Of a stretch of DNA of 64,000 nucleotides, positions 25,351 through 38,901 are shown in pieces. The stretch is from the human T2T-CHM13v2.0 reference genome, Homo sapiens. Numbering within the stretch: position 1 is the stretch's first letter; each line of letters opens with the position of its first letter. Made by a program: the position numbers and the translations under genes. The notes below the pieces were generated by a model that was not told the origin of the DNA, ran no database searches, and worked only from the letters and a program-made list of their open reading frames with translations. Location: the NCBI RefSeq assembly GCF_009914755.1, contig NC_060926.1; one strand, given 5' to 3'.

Positions 25351-26763
25351 AGCAGAACCTGATTCTCTTTTCCCTGGGCTCTGCTGCTTGTCAGGGTTGG
25401 ACATGAGGTCCCCAGAGGAAGCCCACGTTGCTGGGGGGTTAGACGGGAGGGGGACAGAGCAGGTATGGCTGGGGTCCTAAGAGCTGAGGTGAGAGAAGTT
25501 CTGAGGCACGTGTCCTCATCTTCAAAGTTCCAAGTAGGGAAGGGGGCCAGGGCTGAGGGTCTGAGAGTGGCATAGCCTGAAGTCCAGAGCTAGAGGACAA
25601 TGCCAATGGCAAGAGCCCAGAAATGAAGGGACCACCTCAAATGGAGTGCTCTATGGGGTGCCCTCTCCAGAATCTAAGGGGAAGGAGAAGGTCCAGCAGG
25701 AATCACGGGTTTGGGTCTCTGCCATTCCTAACTCCCTGGTGCCTCAGGCATCGACGGGCAGGATGCTTGGAGGCCATGGGCTGCAGCGGAAGGAACACAT
25801 GCTTTGGAGACAGATTGCTCTGGATTCAACCCCTGGTTTGATCACTTCCTTCCTGTGATTTTGTGTCTCAGTTGCCCTTTCCATAAAATGGAATAACAGC
25901 TTTTTTTTTAGTCATAAGGTGTGAATAAGTGAATGCATATTCACAATATCAAATGACTCATTCATTTCATGAACCAACATGTGCCAGCACTGTGCTAGGA
26001 TAGTTCTGTGGGCCATGCAGACAAGGTCCCTGTCCTCATGCAGTTTACTTTGGTGCCCAGCACAACATAGGCCCCTACAAGCACCACTTCATTCCTCCCA
26101 TCTGTAAAGTTACCTGATTTCTGTCCTGCAGTGCCTGGCTCCATGCCAGTAATCAGGAAGGAGAAAGGGGTGAATCAGAGAAGCAGAACCTCAAACTTTG
26201 TTCTGAGCCCACAGTTCCTGAGCTAAGCAGGAGCCAGAGGTCAGCAGGGTGAGGCTGGGGGCTGGGGACCAAAGAGGAGGGTTGGCACGTCATATTCCTC
26301 CTTATCTGACTGCCCTTGCACCAGAGCCCAGAGAGTTTGACAATGATGATCTCACTAGTGTTCAAAGCTTCCCGAGGGAGGCCAACAGCAAAGCAGAAAG
26401 CACTGGAGTGTGCTTGTGTTGACAGCTGCCGGATCAGAGGGCCTGGCTTGGGATCACAGGCTGCGGGGGTGGTGAAGCAGTGTGCAGATTCTGAAGCCTG
26501 GCACTCCCACGTGGGGCCCCAGGAGCCAGGTTCACCCACACAGAAACTCAAGGGAGGCTGCGTTTCCTAACCAACAGCCTTCACCTTGTGGTAGATTCTT
26601 TTCCTGTGGGTCATCTCTTTCAATTCTCCCAAGACTGCAAAGAGAGATTATTGTTCCCATTTTCTAGATCAGAAAACTGAGGCTCAGAAGAGTGAAGTAG
26701 CCTGCTTAAGGACGCATGTCTTCATCATAATAGTTGGTATGCAGGTTCCCCTCCCTGTCTCCA

Positions 26764-26764
<1 letters not shown>

Positions 26765-26817
<53 letters not shown>
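26765..26817. repeat. (CA)n microsatellite, about 26 units
   Basis: Perfect CA run. Confidence 0.98.
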
Positions 26818-26821
<4 letters not shown>

Positions 26822-27039
26822 ATGACTGTCTCCTAGGCTGGCTAACAGTGGACCAAGATGAGCCCATCCTTATCTGCATCCTGCATCAGTCCACGGAGAG
26901 CAGGCAGCAGGGATAAGGATGGGGAAGACAGGGTCAAGGAGTCAGACTACAGGCACCCCTGTGGCTCAGGGCATAGAGGGGGCTCAGGACACATGGAGCA
27001 CCCCCTTGCCCACGTTCCTTTTCCGGGTCTGCCTCTCTA

Positions 27040-27425
27040 CCAGACCTCTCTCCTTCCTCCTTTTTCGCATCCTCTTTGGATTCATTTTCTCCTCTCATTT
27101 CCCCTTCTCTGCTTCCTGATTCACCCTTTGCTATCTTTTCCAGTCTTTTCCGTTCCTCTCTTCAGTCTCTCCCTCTCCCTTTGCTTCCTTTCCCTGGACT
27201 CCCCTGGCTCCTTCTCCCTTTCTCATCCTCCCTCGTGTTTTCCTGTTTGTCTCTTCGATCTCCTTCCCTCCTTTTCCGTTTGTCTCTCCCCGGCCTGCGC
27301 CCCTCCCCGCCGCTCGCACCCTCCCTCGCGCTACTCCCTCTGCGCAGCCAACCCTCCCTCCGCCCCCTCGGGCCCGCCCTCCCCTCGCCAGTCTTCCCCG
27401 TTCTCTCTCCGCTCTCGCTCTCCGT
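27040..27425 (+). repeat. Long pyrimidine-rich low-complexity tract leading into the CpG island
   Basis: About 380 bp dominated by C and T on the plus strand. Confidence 0.85.
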
Positions 27426-27710
27426 GGTTTAGTGCTTGCCCTCCTGCTTCTGACAAACTATTTGTAGGAAAATGAGATTTGGTCCGCGCTGGACGGCTCC
27501 TCTGGGAAGCAGGCGTGGGGGTCGGGTGTCGGAGGCCCCGTGCGTCCCCCCACCCCGTACCAGAGCCCACGGCGCTTACGGAGCTCTTTAAGATAAATGA
27601 GTAAAATTAAGAGACTCGCCGGGGGAAGAAAACACTGGAAGGGAGCGAGCGAGAGCGGATGGTACTTGGTTTCCTCCCAGAAATGCATCCACGTGCGCCC
27701 CACTGGGGCC
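27290..27710. promoter_or_regulatory. Small CpG island; candidate promoter or enhancer with GC boxes
   Basis: Highest non-Alu CpG density in the window; CCGCCCCC (SP/KLF) at about 27360, CCCGCCC at about 27373, E-box CACGTG at 27690; no ORF resembling a known protein. Confidence 0.75.
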
Positions 27711-28379
27711 TCCCCCATCTGCTGCAGACTCCAGGGAACTTCCTCCCCTCAAAGACAAACTTCCAGCCCTGGAGCATGTTTCTTCCTTCCCTGGGATGTG
27801 GCGCTGAAAAGGGTAGAAACCTCTAGTAAGGCACAAGCAACAGATTGGGGGTGGAGCAGCAGGTCTCTTTGGAGGTGGCCTGGAAGAAACCTGACAGAGA
27901 GGATGGGAAGGGGAGAAACAGAAGAGTGTGACGAGGTGGGTGTCCAAGGGCAGTGGGACAGGCTGTCCGGGTGGGAGAGTGGACTTGAGGAAGTAGCTGC
28001 AGGCCCAGACTACTTCAGCCACACCCTGATCCCCTGGGACCCTCAGGGCACAGAAGGCAGTGCTGGCTCCAACCTCAGTCCAAGGAGCTGTGGAAGCCTC
28101 AGAGGCCCTTGGCAGAGGTGAGCCCTCATTTCTCACCTCAAAGGCAGGGATTGAATCCTTGTCACCCAGACAAGGATTTTCTCTTGTCTGGGTGGCAGAA
28201 CTATAAGTTGTCAGAGGGCAAGTAGTGGGTCTTTGGTTTTTCTGCAGTACCACAGGGCTAGCTTACCTTAGGCCATAAGTATTATTTGTTGAGATGCGTG
28301 AATACAAGAATGTCTTAAAAGCTCTAGGCTCAATTTTCAACTCCCACAGATGTGCAATGAAAACAATTTTCCAGACTAC

Positions 28380-29079
<700 letters not shown>

Positions 29080-29106
29080 AGATCATCCCATTTTTATCAT
29101 AGTCAG

Positions 29107-29490
29107 TGTCTTAGTCTGTTTTGTGTTGCTGTAACAGAATACCACAGCCTAAGTAATTTATAAAGAAAAGATTTTTTTTGTTCTTACTGTTCTGGAGGCT
29201 GGGAAATCCAAGGTTGGGGGGCTGCATCTGGTGAGGACCTTCTTGCTGCATCATCCTACCAGGGAAGGAGGAAGGGGAAAAGAGCAGGAAGGAGCAAGAG
29301 AGAAAGCAGGGCAGACTCACCCCTTTTATCAGAAACCTGCTCCTTCAATAACTAACTCCCATGATAACATCATTAATCCATTAATGAGGACAGGCCCAAT
29401 AACCCTTAAATATCCATCCTCTTAACACTGTTGCATTGGAGATTAAGTTACCAACATTTGAACTCTGGGGGACACATTCAGACCATAGCA
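29107..29490 (-). mobile_element. MST (MSTC/MSTD-like) MaLR solo LTR with a perfect 5-bp TSD
   Basis: 'tgtcttagtctgttttgtgttgctgtaacagaatacc...gacacattcagaccatagca'; GTCAG at 29102-29106 and 29491-29495. Confidence 0.92.
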
Positions 29491-31074
29491 GTCAGTTATA
29501 AAAGTGTGATTTATGTTTTTTCCTAGTTTCATAAGCATAAGATGTGACATATTTTAATAGTTGACAATTCTACAGGGCCTGCTCTGAGTTCCTAGCCTAG
29601 ATCAGCCTTTCTAGAACTTTGTAGATTTTCAAAGATGACCAGTGCTGCAAGCCAGGGTAATCTGGAATGTTCTGGAAGCAAAGGAAGTGGATATGCCTTC
29701 AGCCATAAGAATCAAAAAATATATGGTATTTAAAGAAAAAGATTATTCAGCTCAAATCTTCCTAAAACATTTACAAAACAAATGTGCGTCAAGTTATAAT
29801 ACTGGGTGAAGTTACCTCTGATTGGTGTTAACTATGTTATGTGAGGATAACAATTTCAAAGTATATTAAAATGTAAAACTTGAAAATGGTGGAGTCATCC
29901 TAAGTATTATTTCATAAAATACCAGTAGAGAAGAAAAGGAGGATTTGACGTATAAAGATACGAGAGAAAAACATTCAAAATTATGTGACCTCACACAGGT
30001 AACCCTTTCAAGTGACAGGGCACTTTTCAAGTGGAAGCTTTCCTCCCTGCCTTGAAAACAAGGATGTGTGACTGGTGTCCATTTGTATGTCTGTCTGTCA
30101 GTCTGGAGTGTGTAGTCTCAGGAAGGCTGGAAGGTGATGCAAAACACTTTGATCATTTGTTCTTTGCGTTTGTGCTGCTATTAGCACTTGCATATGCTGT
30201 ACTGAGACTTCTACTGACACGACCCCTCCAATCAATGTATTTCTTGGAGGACTCCTTACTCACTTGTTCTAAACTTCAGTATCCTGGGTCTCTGAGTGGC
30301 TCTCTAGGGCAGTAATGGTAGGAGGGCAGAGTTCACAAACTATGTTCAATATTTGGAAAGGACTGATTACCTACAGTAAAGTGACTTGGCTGGTAAAATG
30401 TCAGGTTTCTTTGCTTTGGGTTGATTTATAACAACTCAATTTGGGAATACATACTATCTCGATAGATTGCTCTGACTGGCATTTTTCTAGGTCTTTGATT
30501 TATAAATGAAAGGGAGAACTGATTATTCATTAAATACAGTCTATTTTTCCTAATTATGTAGGAAATCATATCTTTGTAATAAAAGGAGTGTTTGATAGAA
30601 TGAGCTCATGAAGAAGAGTGTAGTGTTCAACTGTAGTTCTTTCTACTCCCCAGATGCCATTGGGGTAAAAGTTACCCAAATGAGAGAAGATTCTGTTGAC
30701 CCTGAAGTTGAAGTATGGTGGAGATTTTCTAGAAAAATCCATTCAAATCTTTTTCTCTCCCAGATCATGAAGGAAAGAGGAGACATCTACTGAATGTAAG
30801 GTGGAGCCAAAGGCATCTATTGATGACTGAAGAGGAGGCATGAATATGACAAAAACAGGAACCTAGGCCAAAAAAGATGATTCATAGATGATTCAACCTG
30901 GAGGCCCCCACCTTATTTTATTAGTAAAAAAAGATGTGGTGGCAAGTGTATGGGGAGAGAAAAGAAATTAAAACACCATGATCCTTTTAATACAGTCCAA
31001 GATTTACTCTGCATAATCCAGTCATATTTTTGACAGTTCATACCTCCTCTGTCCCCAGTAACAGAATGGTGATC

Positions 31075-31330
31075 TTTATGGGGCTGGCGTGAGGAAGCTG
31101 GCAGGCACGGCCCCCGTCACATTAAACTGTCTCAGTGAAGAGGCAATTTGTTTGATATTAAGAGTTATAAAAATATCAGCACAGAGCGGTTATGCCATGG
31201 ATATTGCACAAGCCAATCTGAATTTTAATGTAGTGTGAGCAATAAGCACCGCATTCCTGAACTCCTGCCATACTCCCTCTGCAAATATTTGAAGAGAAAA
31301 AGAGGTTTTGAGTGTTTTGCTCTTTTCCAC
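31075..31330. promoter_or_regulatory. Candidate enhancer
   Basis: Unique sequence with retained CpGs, TAAT cores and palindromic CAAATATTTG (31282-31291). Confidence 0.4.
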
Positions 31331-31869
31331 TTGTGCTTCATGCAGGGTTGCTCCTCACCAGATGTGTGGGAGCTGGCAAGGGTTTCCAGGTGCCTGGAAG
31401 GGGGGTTCTCAGGAAGCCCCACACAGGAGATCCAATGGCATCCCTGGCATCGTGTGCAGAGAGAATGGGGTTGGCTTCCTAGCACCTCTGTTCATGCCCC
31501 TCACTCACAGAAGGAGTCATCCAGCAGCCAGGACTCAGCTCCTCCACCCAGTGTCTCCTGATTTTCATCCCAAGTATTCTTTAGTGTCTTAGTCCAATGG
31601 AATGCCATTGCCCAAGCATCCCACTCCCCTCCTCATCCTCTAAGTCCACCTTAAAATGCCCTTCTTCTTACTGTGCCCCGATCACACCCCGTCTCTTTAG
31701 CCCATAGGTGTACACTCTGACTTCTCCCCTCAGGCCCCTTCCATCGGTTTTCTCATTATTTCCCTTTACCGCCATTCCTCTCCCTTCACCTCCCAGTCAC
31801 CTCTTCCCAGCCTCTTCTCCCATAAATATCCATTTAACCTTACAGATAGATCTTTCTGAAACATGCTAA

Positions 31870-32330
31870 CCAATTAATTTCACTTCCACAGAGTGCCTAC
31901 TCTGTGTCAGGTGTTGTGCTAGTGGCTGGAGGAGACACAAACATGAACAAGACCTGGTGGTCTCTGCTCTTCAGGGACTCACAGTCCAGTTGGGAGGGGG
32001 AAGAGGGGGTGCCAGAGGTGGTGGGGGTGCCAGACAAGGATTCTGGTCATTTTTACTCTGAGGGCAGAGTGATATAAGATCCCCAGTAGAGGTCCAAACA
32101 CAGGCAGTAAAGGGCCTAAGAAGGAGAGATGTGTCTGAAGAGGGGAAAGAGAGAACATATCACGGTGGCTACTGGCTATGCCTTCAAGAAGGGGTACAGT
32201 TGGCAGGTGGCAGTTGGAGAACTGGGCAGAGAAGAGTCTATCTTAGGCAAAGCAGAGAAATGCTCTGATGGGGGAATTCATGGGGAATTGTTAAGAAATA
32301 GTGAGTTATCCAGCTTGTCTGACAGGGCTC
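31870..32330 (-). mobile_element. L2 fragment
   Basis: 'gagtgcctactctgtgtcaggtgttgtgctag...ctctgctcttcagggactcacagtccagttggga'. Confidence 0.7.
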
Positions 32331-32429
32331 AGAGAAGTTCAGGGACATGCCCAAGCTAATGAAAAGGTGAGTCCGATATAGCATGCTGTTTTTCTGATTC
32401 CCAGTTCAGAACGCTCTTCGTTACACCAC

Positions 32430-32655
32430 AGCAGTAATTCTCAAGGTGTTAGCCTGAGACTCCTGGACTCCTTGAGATCCTTTCAGGGTGTCTGAGAGGT
32501 CAATGCTGTTTCAAGGTCGTTTGCCTTTGCTTTCTTATTTACCTCCGGGTGTACAGTGGGGCTTTTTACTGTGCATTTGGAAGATCTTTGTAACTCAGTG
32601 AACCAACATCTTCCAAGTGACCAGTGCATGATGTTACAAATCATGCATGGGTGAA
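32430..32655. mobile_element. hAT-Charlie DNA transposon fragment
   Basis: 'ttctcaaggtgt...gagatcctttcagggtgtctgagaggtcaa...aactcagtgaaccaacatcttccaagtgaccagtgcatgatgttacaaatcatgcatgggt'. Confidence 0.7.
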
Positions 32656-33497
32656 TCATCTGCTCAAGGCCTCTCTCTCTCTCTTCCTCTCTTTGTGTGT
32701 GTGTGTCTCTCTCTCTCTCTTTCCTGGCTGTTGCTCTCATTCTCAGGCTTATCCTTGAATCCTTTCATCTGGAAGTTTCCTTCCTTCCCATTTTACCCAA
32801 CTTCCTTTCTGCAGCACCTTCCACTATACTCCCTCACTCCCTTCCTTCCCAGATTCCAGATCTAGGCTACTTACATTTCTCAAGCCAGCCTCCATTTCTC
32901 CATGTTCTGTTATCCCTGAAACTCCCTCTCTAATGTTTCATAATTCTTTCACAGGCATGGTCTCCGTTTCTTCTAGAGTTTTTGGAGGCTATCTATGCTT
33001 CTCAACTTTGGTCACCAGCTTCTCAAAAGTTCTTATTTGCTGCTGCAATGATAGATAAGTGTTCACATTTGTGAATTATGCTCATCACTTTTGAAGTTAT
33101 GAGAGACTCTTCTGAACCTCCCAGCCCAGCCCTGGGTCCAACTTCGTGCAAAGGAGGAGGGGTGTTCTGGCTCTGATGGAGGGAGCACAGTCTTGGAGAC
33201 AGGCAGACCTGTTGCAGAGCCAGCTTTGCCACAATCTAACAATGTCGGTTTAACCAAGTCACTCCATCTCTCTGAGCATTAGGCCCTGTTTTTATTGAGT
33301 GAAGATAATAATACTAACCCTGCAAAGTTCTTATGAAAATTCAATCAGAATTTACACATATGGCAGAGAGTAAGTGCTCATGTGGATTCACTATTATTAT
33401 CAGAGAGACATGATGGCAATCAGTGAATGTGAGTGTTTCTTACAAGGCAGTTAATTATTTGTCTTGATTATTACAAATTAAACTACAACCTAAACCA

Positions 33498-33640
33498 CTA
33501 GTTCTCCAACTTTCACACACAGCAGAATCACTTGGGCAGCTTGTTGAATATAAGGAGGCCCCAGAAATTCTGATTCAGTAGTTTATGAGTAGAGTCTTCA
33601 CATCTATAATTTTAATGAACTGATGTACACCAAACACTGG
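33498..33640. mobile_element. MER5-like fragment
   Basis: 'gttctccaacttt...cagaatcacttgggcagcttgttgaatat...ccccagaaattctgattcagtag'. Confidence 0.7.
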
Positions 33641-36227
33641 CCCATATATTTTCTGAGTTTTCTGGAATCTTAAATTTTCCCACTATTTAATGAGATTATT
33701 CAATTCTTAAAAACCTACACAGCTTGTGTTTGATGATCTTTATGAATATCTCACAGGTTTTCATTCATTCTTTCATTCATTCACTCACATGCATTCTTTG
33801 TATTGAATTAATGGTTGCAATATCTCACCGAGCTGTCCTCTGCATAACCCACTAGCCCCCGCCTCCCATACCTTCCGTCTTTCACAGAGCATGGTGTGCA
33901 GGGGAGCCAAGAGACCTTGGGCACTTTCTTTAATATTATCAAACCTCCTATTTCTCTGCTTTTGCAGTGAGGACAGCACAATCTCTTGGGGACATTGTGA
34001 GAATCATCCAGGCTAATGTGTGTGGGGGCCTTCTGTGATGTGCCACCCAAATGCTACTTCTAACCATTTTCTTTTGTGGAAAGCCCAGGTGCTTATTCAT
34101 GTAAAAGAGGGATTGGACTTGCCAGTCTCTGAGGCTTCCAGTGTTTTTGTACTTCCTCAAACCCTCCATCACTCCAAGGACAGTGCTGGCTCAGGACGGG
34201 CTGAGTGGACACCAAAGTCTGGCCTCTCCTCCCCCTCCCATTCAATCCTGACCAAACAGCACCTGCACTGTCTATAGTCAGCTTTTGCAAATATGCTCAA
34301 TGCTTTGCAAGCCTGTTGTCTTTTTTATTCTTCCTACATAATTGTTTGGACTTACTTGATGTACCTTGAATGGCGGATTCTTTATATAATCTAAATGCTT
34401 CTTCAGCTCTCTACCTGTGGGTACAATGAGGTCACAAGGGACTGTGTGTTTGGCTCCTGGGACTGGAGAGGTGCGGCTAGGAGCTTGAGACCACCACCCT
34501 CTGCCATCCTCCCATGGCTCCTCCTAGCCATCTCAGGTGGTACTCTGGGGTTGCCATGATGCTTTCATGAATCTCTTTGCTGTGCCTCTTGCTTCTTTTC
34601 TGTGTCGCCATCATCACTCTGCTCAGGCGCCCCTTGAAGGGTGGCCACCACCACTTTCTCTGGACAGCTATTAGCTGAACATCTACAGAATGGGAAGGGA
34701 AAGGCTTCTCTCTTTCTTTGTGACTCCTTTACAGGGATGCCTGAGCTCCAAGATGTTCCAGCTCTTTTCACTTTGCATATACACAACCTTTTCTCTGCAA
34801 GGAGGCTCAAGCAGTGTTGTCCTCATTCTATGCAGAAACATTTCCATTTACTGCTCAGGTCCTGTTTCCAGATTGGTTCATAATGGTGGCTTCTTTCCCT
34901 CAGGATCTATCTCCTGAAGTTCCTCACTGCAATTTGGCTTTCATGAAGGCATTGCCAATGTCATCACACATGTCTGTATATGTCCAAATCCCAAATTGTT
35001 TGTTTTTTGGAAGCTTCCCAGCCCTGCATAAATCAGTTGGTACAAATAGACTGAGGAGTGTGGGGTGCAGGGAGCCCAAAAGCTTATCCGGGACATAGCG
35101 TTATACCCAGAAAGCATGCTAAGGTGGGCAAAATCCTCTCTGTCATTCTTCATGTGAGAAGCACCTATAGGTAGGATCAGGTAATTAGAGTTTGCAATGG
35201 AGGTGGATGGTGAAGAAAATGGCCTGCCCTGCCTATGTGAAGAGTTATTGTTTCTTTCTTTGTCATTTATTTATTTCGGAAATAGGGTCAGCATTGAAAG
35301 AGCAGGAAGCTTTGAAGTGTTTTCCAGAGAGTGATGAAGGAGAAGCCAGGGAGCACAGAATCAGGAGAAGCCAGTAGGTGGGTGAGGCCAGGACCCTCTG
35401 CCTCCTGCAGGCAGGCTGTGGAGCTCAACAGTGATTCCTGTCATGGGTGCTTCCCCAGCTGTTGTGTGGAAGCCACTCAGTGAATGGCTGTGGCCCAGAA
35501 TCAGGAGAAAGGGAGAAGCAGTGAGGGTGTAAAGGTAGTGGAGAGGGGTAAAATTTCTAGATTGGTTTCGGGGATGCAATAAACTTGATGAATTGAGAAA
35601 AGCCTACAGTCTGTCCTCAGAATTATTGTATTAATTGCAAAGGTACGATAGACACAGAGGATCCTTCTCCTCAAGGAAAAGGAAATGTGGCATCCTTTAC
35701 TCATCTCTCATCCCTTTACTCATCTCACTGCGTGCTCTCTGTGACATTCACTTTCGAGGCCCTCTCTGTCAGGGGACTGGCAGGACCTGCACTTGACTGG
35801 TGTTGGTGCAAAGTGGGAAGGAAGACTGCCGGCTGGTGCTTCCAGTGCAGAGTCCAAGCCTGGATCAGGAACTGCTGTGAGAAAAGAGAGCACAGAGACT
35901 GGGAGACCTTGCTGAGAAAGAACAGACAGGAGTCAAAGAGGGAGTGAACGCCAAGCAAAGAGAAAAAATGAAGAGCAATGACCTCGCGGTCCTAAGGCTA
36001 ATTGTGCTGCTAGCAATAACTGGGAAGTTGGGAATGGGCTCTGGCTTGGAAGGAAAGATAAACAAGCTCTGCTTCGGACAAGTTTTGTTGCAGGGGTTGG
36101 AAGGCCAACCAAATAGAGATCTTTCATAGACAATAAGAAATATGAGATAGGAGAAGGATAAGGGGTCAGTGTTTGAGAGTAGGCCGAGCAGCTGTCAGAT
36201 AATGAGAGCAGTGCCGGGTTGGTGAGA

Positions 36228-36330
36228 TAATTCATTTGTCTACTTAAGAAATATTCATTGAGTGCCTACTGTGTGCCAAGCATGGATCTGAGCCCTGGGA
36301 ATACTGCAGTGAATCAGACAGGGAAGGCAT
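36228..36330 (-). mobile_element. L2 3' end
   Basis: 'aaatattcattgagtgcctactgtgtgccaagca...ctgggaatactgcagtgaatcagaca'. Confidence 0.75.
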
Positions 36331-37859
36331 CTTGAATGATTTGTACAGAGGAAGAGAATAAGTGCTGTCAAGTCACGAATGGGGCCGGGGGAAGGAGACA
36401 GCATCAGTGTGGGAGGTCAGCCCGGGATGCAGGAGGCCAGGAGAGGAATAATAGCATGATGGATCAGCTGGGGCCTGAGCAGACCTACATATAACAGATA
36501 ATCCAAACAGTGGAAGCCTAAACAAAGCAGGGCTCTATAAGGATTTCACAAAGCAAGAGATGTGGAGGCAACCATCCAGCTCTGGTTCAGGAACGCCATC
36601 AAGTAGAGGACCAGGCATTCTGCCCTCCAGAGCTGCATAGGCAACTGCCTGCATCGTGTGATCAGAGAGTCAACCATGGTCCTCCTGTCCCCAACTTCAG
36701 AACCTTGCATTTCTTCCTTCTCTGGTTTGAGGTTATGGTTTTCAAAGTGTACTCTGTGGTGCCCTAACAAACTGTGGAGATATCTCAGGGGTAGCCATGG
36801 GGACTAAAAGGCCAGCCAAGGGGGCTGGTCCTCAGGCACAGTTGGCCACATTTTAAACAGAGCCTTTATCATAGTTATATTATATATGATTATATGCATA
36901 TATTAACCCCAATTGCTCTTTCTCAGAAGAGTCCCTAAAAATGAATGTTTCCTAGAGGAACAGTTTGCCTGAATAGCTTTCTAGAGTGAGCAGGGGCTCA
37001 TTTGTGAAGACTACCCACTGCTGCCAGAGGTGTGGTCTACCAAGGCACTGGATAATGTGTACATATGTGTGTGTATGTGTGTGCATGTGTGTGCATGTGC
37101 TGCATATGCACTCATCTGTGTGTCTTTCAGTGCCATGTACCTTTCCTCCCCTCAGTGACCTGAGCCCTTCCCTCCCTAACGATGTCTGCATCCTATCCCC
37201 CAAAACATCCCTTATCCATTCCAAATCTGGGGTCTTCTTTCCAATTCTTGTCCTAAAGCACAGTACCGTGTTGTAAATTTATTTTAGAATTTGTAGCTTT
37301 GGGGCATTTGAGGTGGGGACAGAGGAGAAGAAACAGGCAGGGAGAAAGGGAGTCTAGAGAAGAAGCACAGGATGCCAAGTCATGCTTGCTTCCAGGGAGG
37401 AAGCCTGGGCTGCTGGAATTACAGTTGTGAGACCATGCATTGTCCAGTCTCCATGTCAGTGCCATCACTCTCCTAGACTTGAGAAGGGACCTCACATTTG
37501 GTAAGAGTAAACTGTGTGCCTGACATTGTCCTAGGGGCTCTCCTATGATCATTTACTCTTCATACCAACCCTGCAAGACAGGCAATTTTACCCTCATTTT
37601 ATAGATGAGGAAGACTTCCTTCATTTATGTTTGAAGGCTGCTGTGAAGGCCAAAAGAAAATGTGTGGAAGAAAAATTTACAACAGGGGAGGTGTTGTCCA
37701 CGTGCATGAGTTGATATCCCTGGCTGACTTTCCACTTGACCCATGGGACAATTTAGTACCAAAGAAAATTCATCTACCCTCTTTCTGTCCCTAGCCTACT
37801 GATGACAAAAATGGAACATAGAAGGAGAAGGTCCAGGAAGATTCTGTATTTCAAGGACT

Positions 37860-37897
37860 TGCCATAAAAGCCTGCCATAAAAGTCCTGCCATAAAAG
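37860..37897. repeat. Triple tandem TGCCATAAAAG
   Basis: Copies at 37860, 37873 and 37887. Confidence 0.95.
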
Positions 37898-38581
37898 CCT
37901 CCAGAGAAGCAGGTAGAAAAATAGCCAGTCTTGTGGGTGAACTGAAGGTGCACAATAGAAGCTCTGGCTGGTGACTTTATCTCTCCAAGCCTTAGCTTCT
38001 TTATCTGTATAATGGGATCAATAATAGGACCTGCCTCATCAGGCTGCCATGAGGAGTGAGTAAGTGAATGCACATAAAGAAATTGGCAATGTCTGCCGTG
38101 GTGATGGCTTAGTAGCTGTTAGCTTCAGTCATTACGGTTTACAGATGAGGAAACTGAGGGACACTTTCCCTAAATCCCAAGGCAGGAGAGTTCAGACTGA
38201 TCTCTCTCTCCCACTCCTGCTCAGAGCCTGGCTCCCTGGAGCCCTTTCTGTTGTTTACACATGTGTGTGGGAAGTGCTGCTGGGGAGGTTGTGGGAACAA
38301 GGCTTTATGGCTGAGGAGGGATTGGAGTCGTGTTTCCCTGTGGGTCTCATTTCCCAATCTGGCAAGGCTTATTCAACTCCCCACTTTCCTCACTGCCCCT
38401 CACTGCCGTCCTCCCTGTCGCTCCCTTTGTGAAGGGCCTGTTTCGACTCCTAGCTAGGAGAGTAGCAGTTGGGAATCCCTTCTTATTCCAAATTTTTTAT
38501 TTTATTATAGTCATTTATAACTGTCTCAAGGGTCATCCTCAGGGATGATATTTCCCCTATTTTGTCACAGACTCAAACTAA

Positions 38582-38901
<320 letters not shown>

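Noticed and set aside
26858-28253. ORFs of 174-221 aa across the CpG island
   Set aside because: Low-complexity Ser/Pro/Leu/Phe translation of the pyrimidine tract and stop-poor GC-rich DNA; no family resemblance
37860-37897. Short spaced repeats read as CRISPR-like
   Set aside because: Eukaryotic DNA, spacers only 2-3 nt, no cas genes
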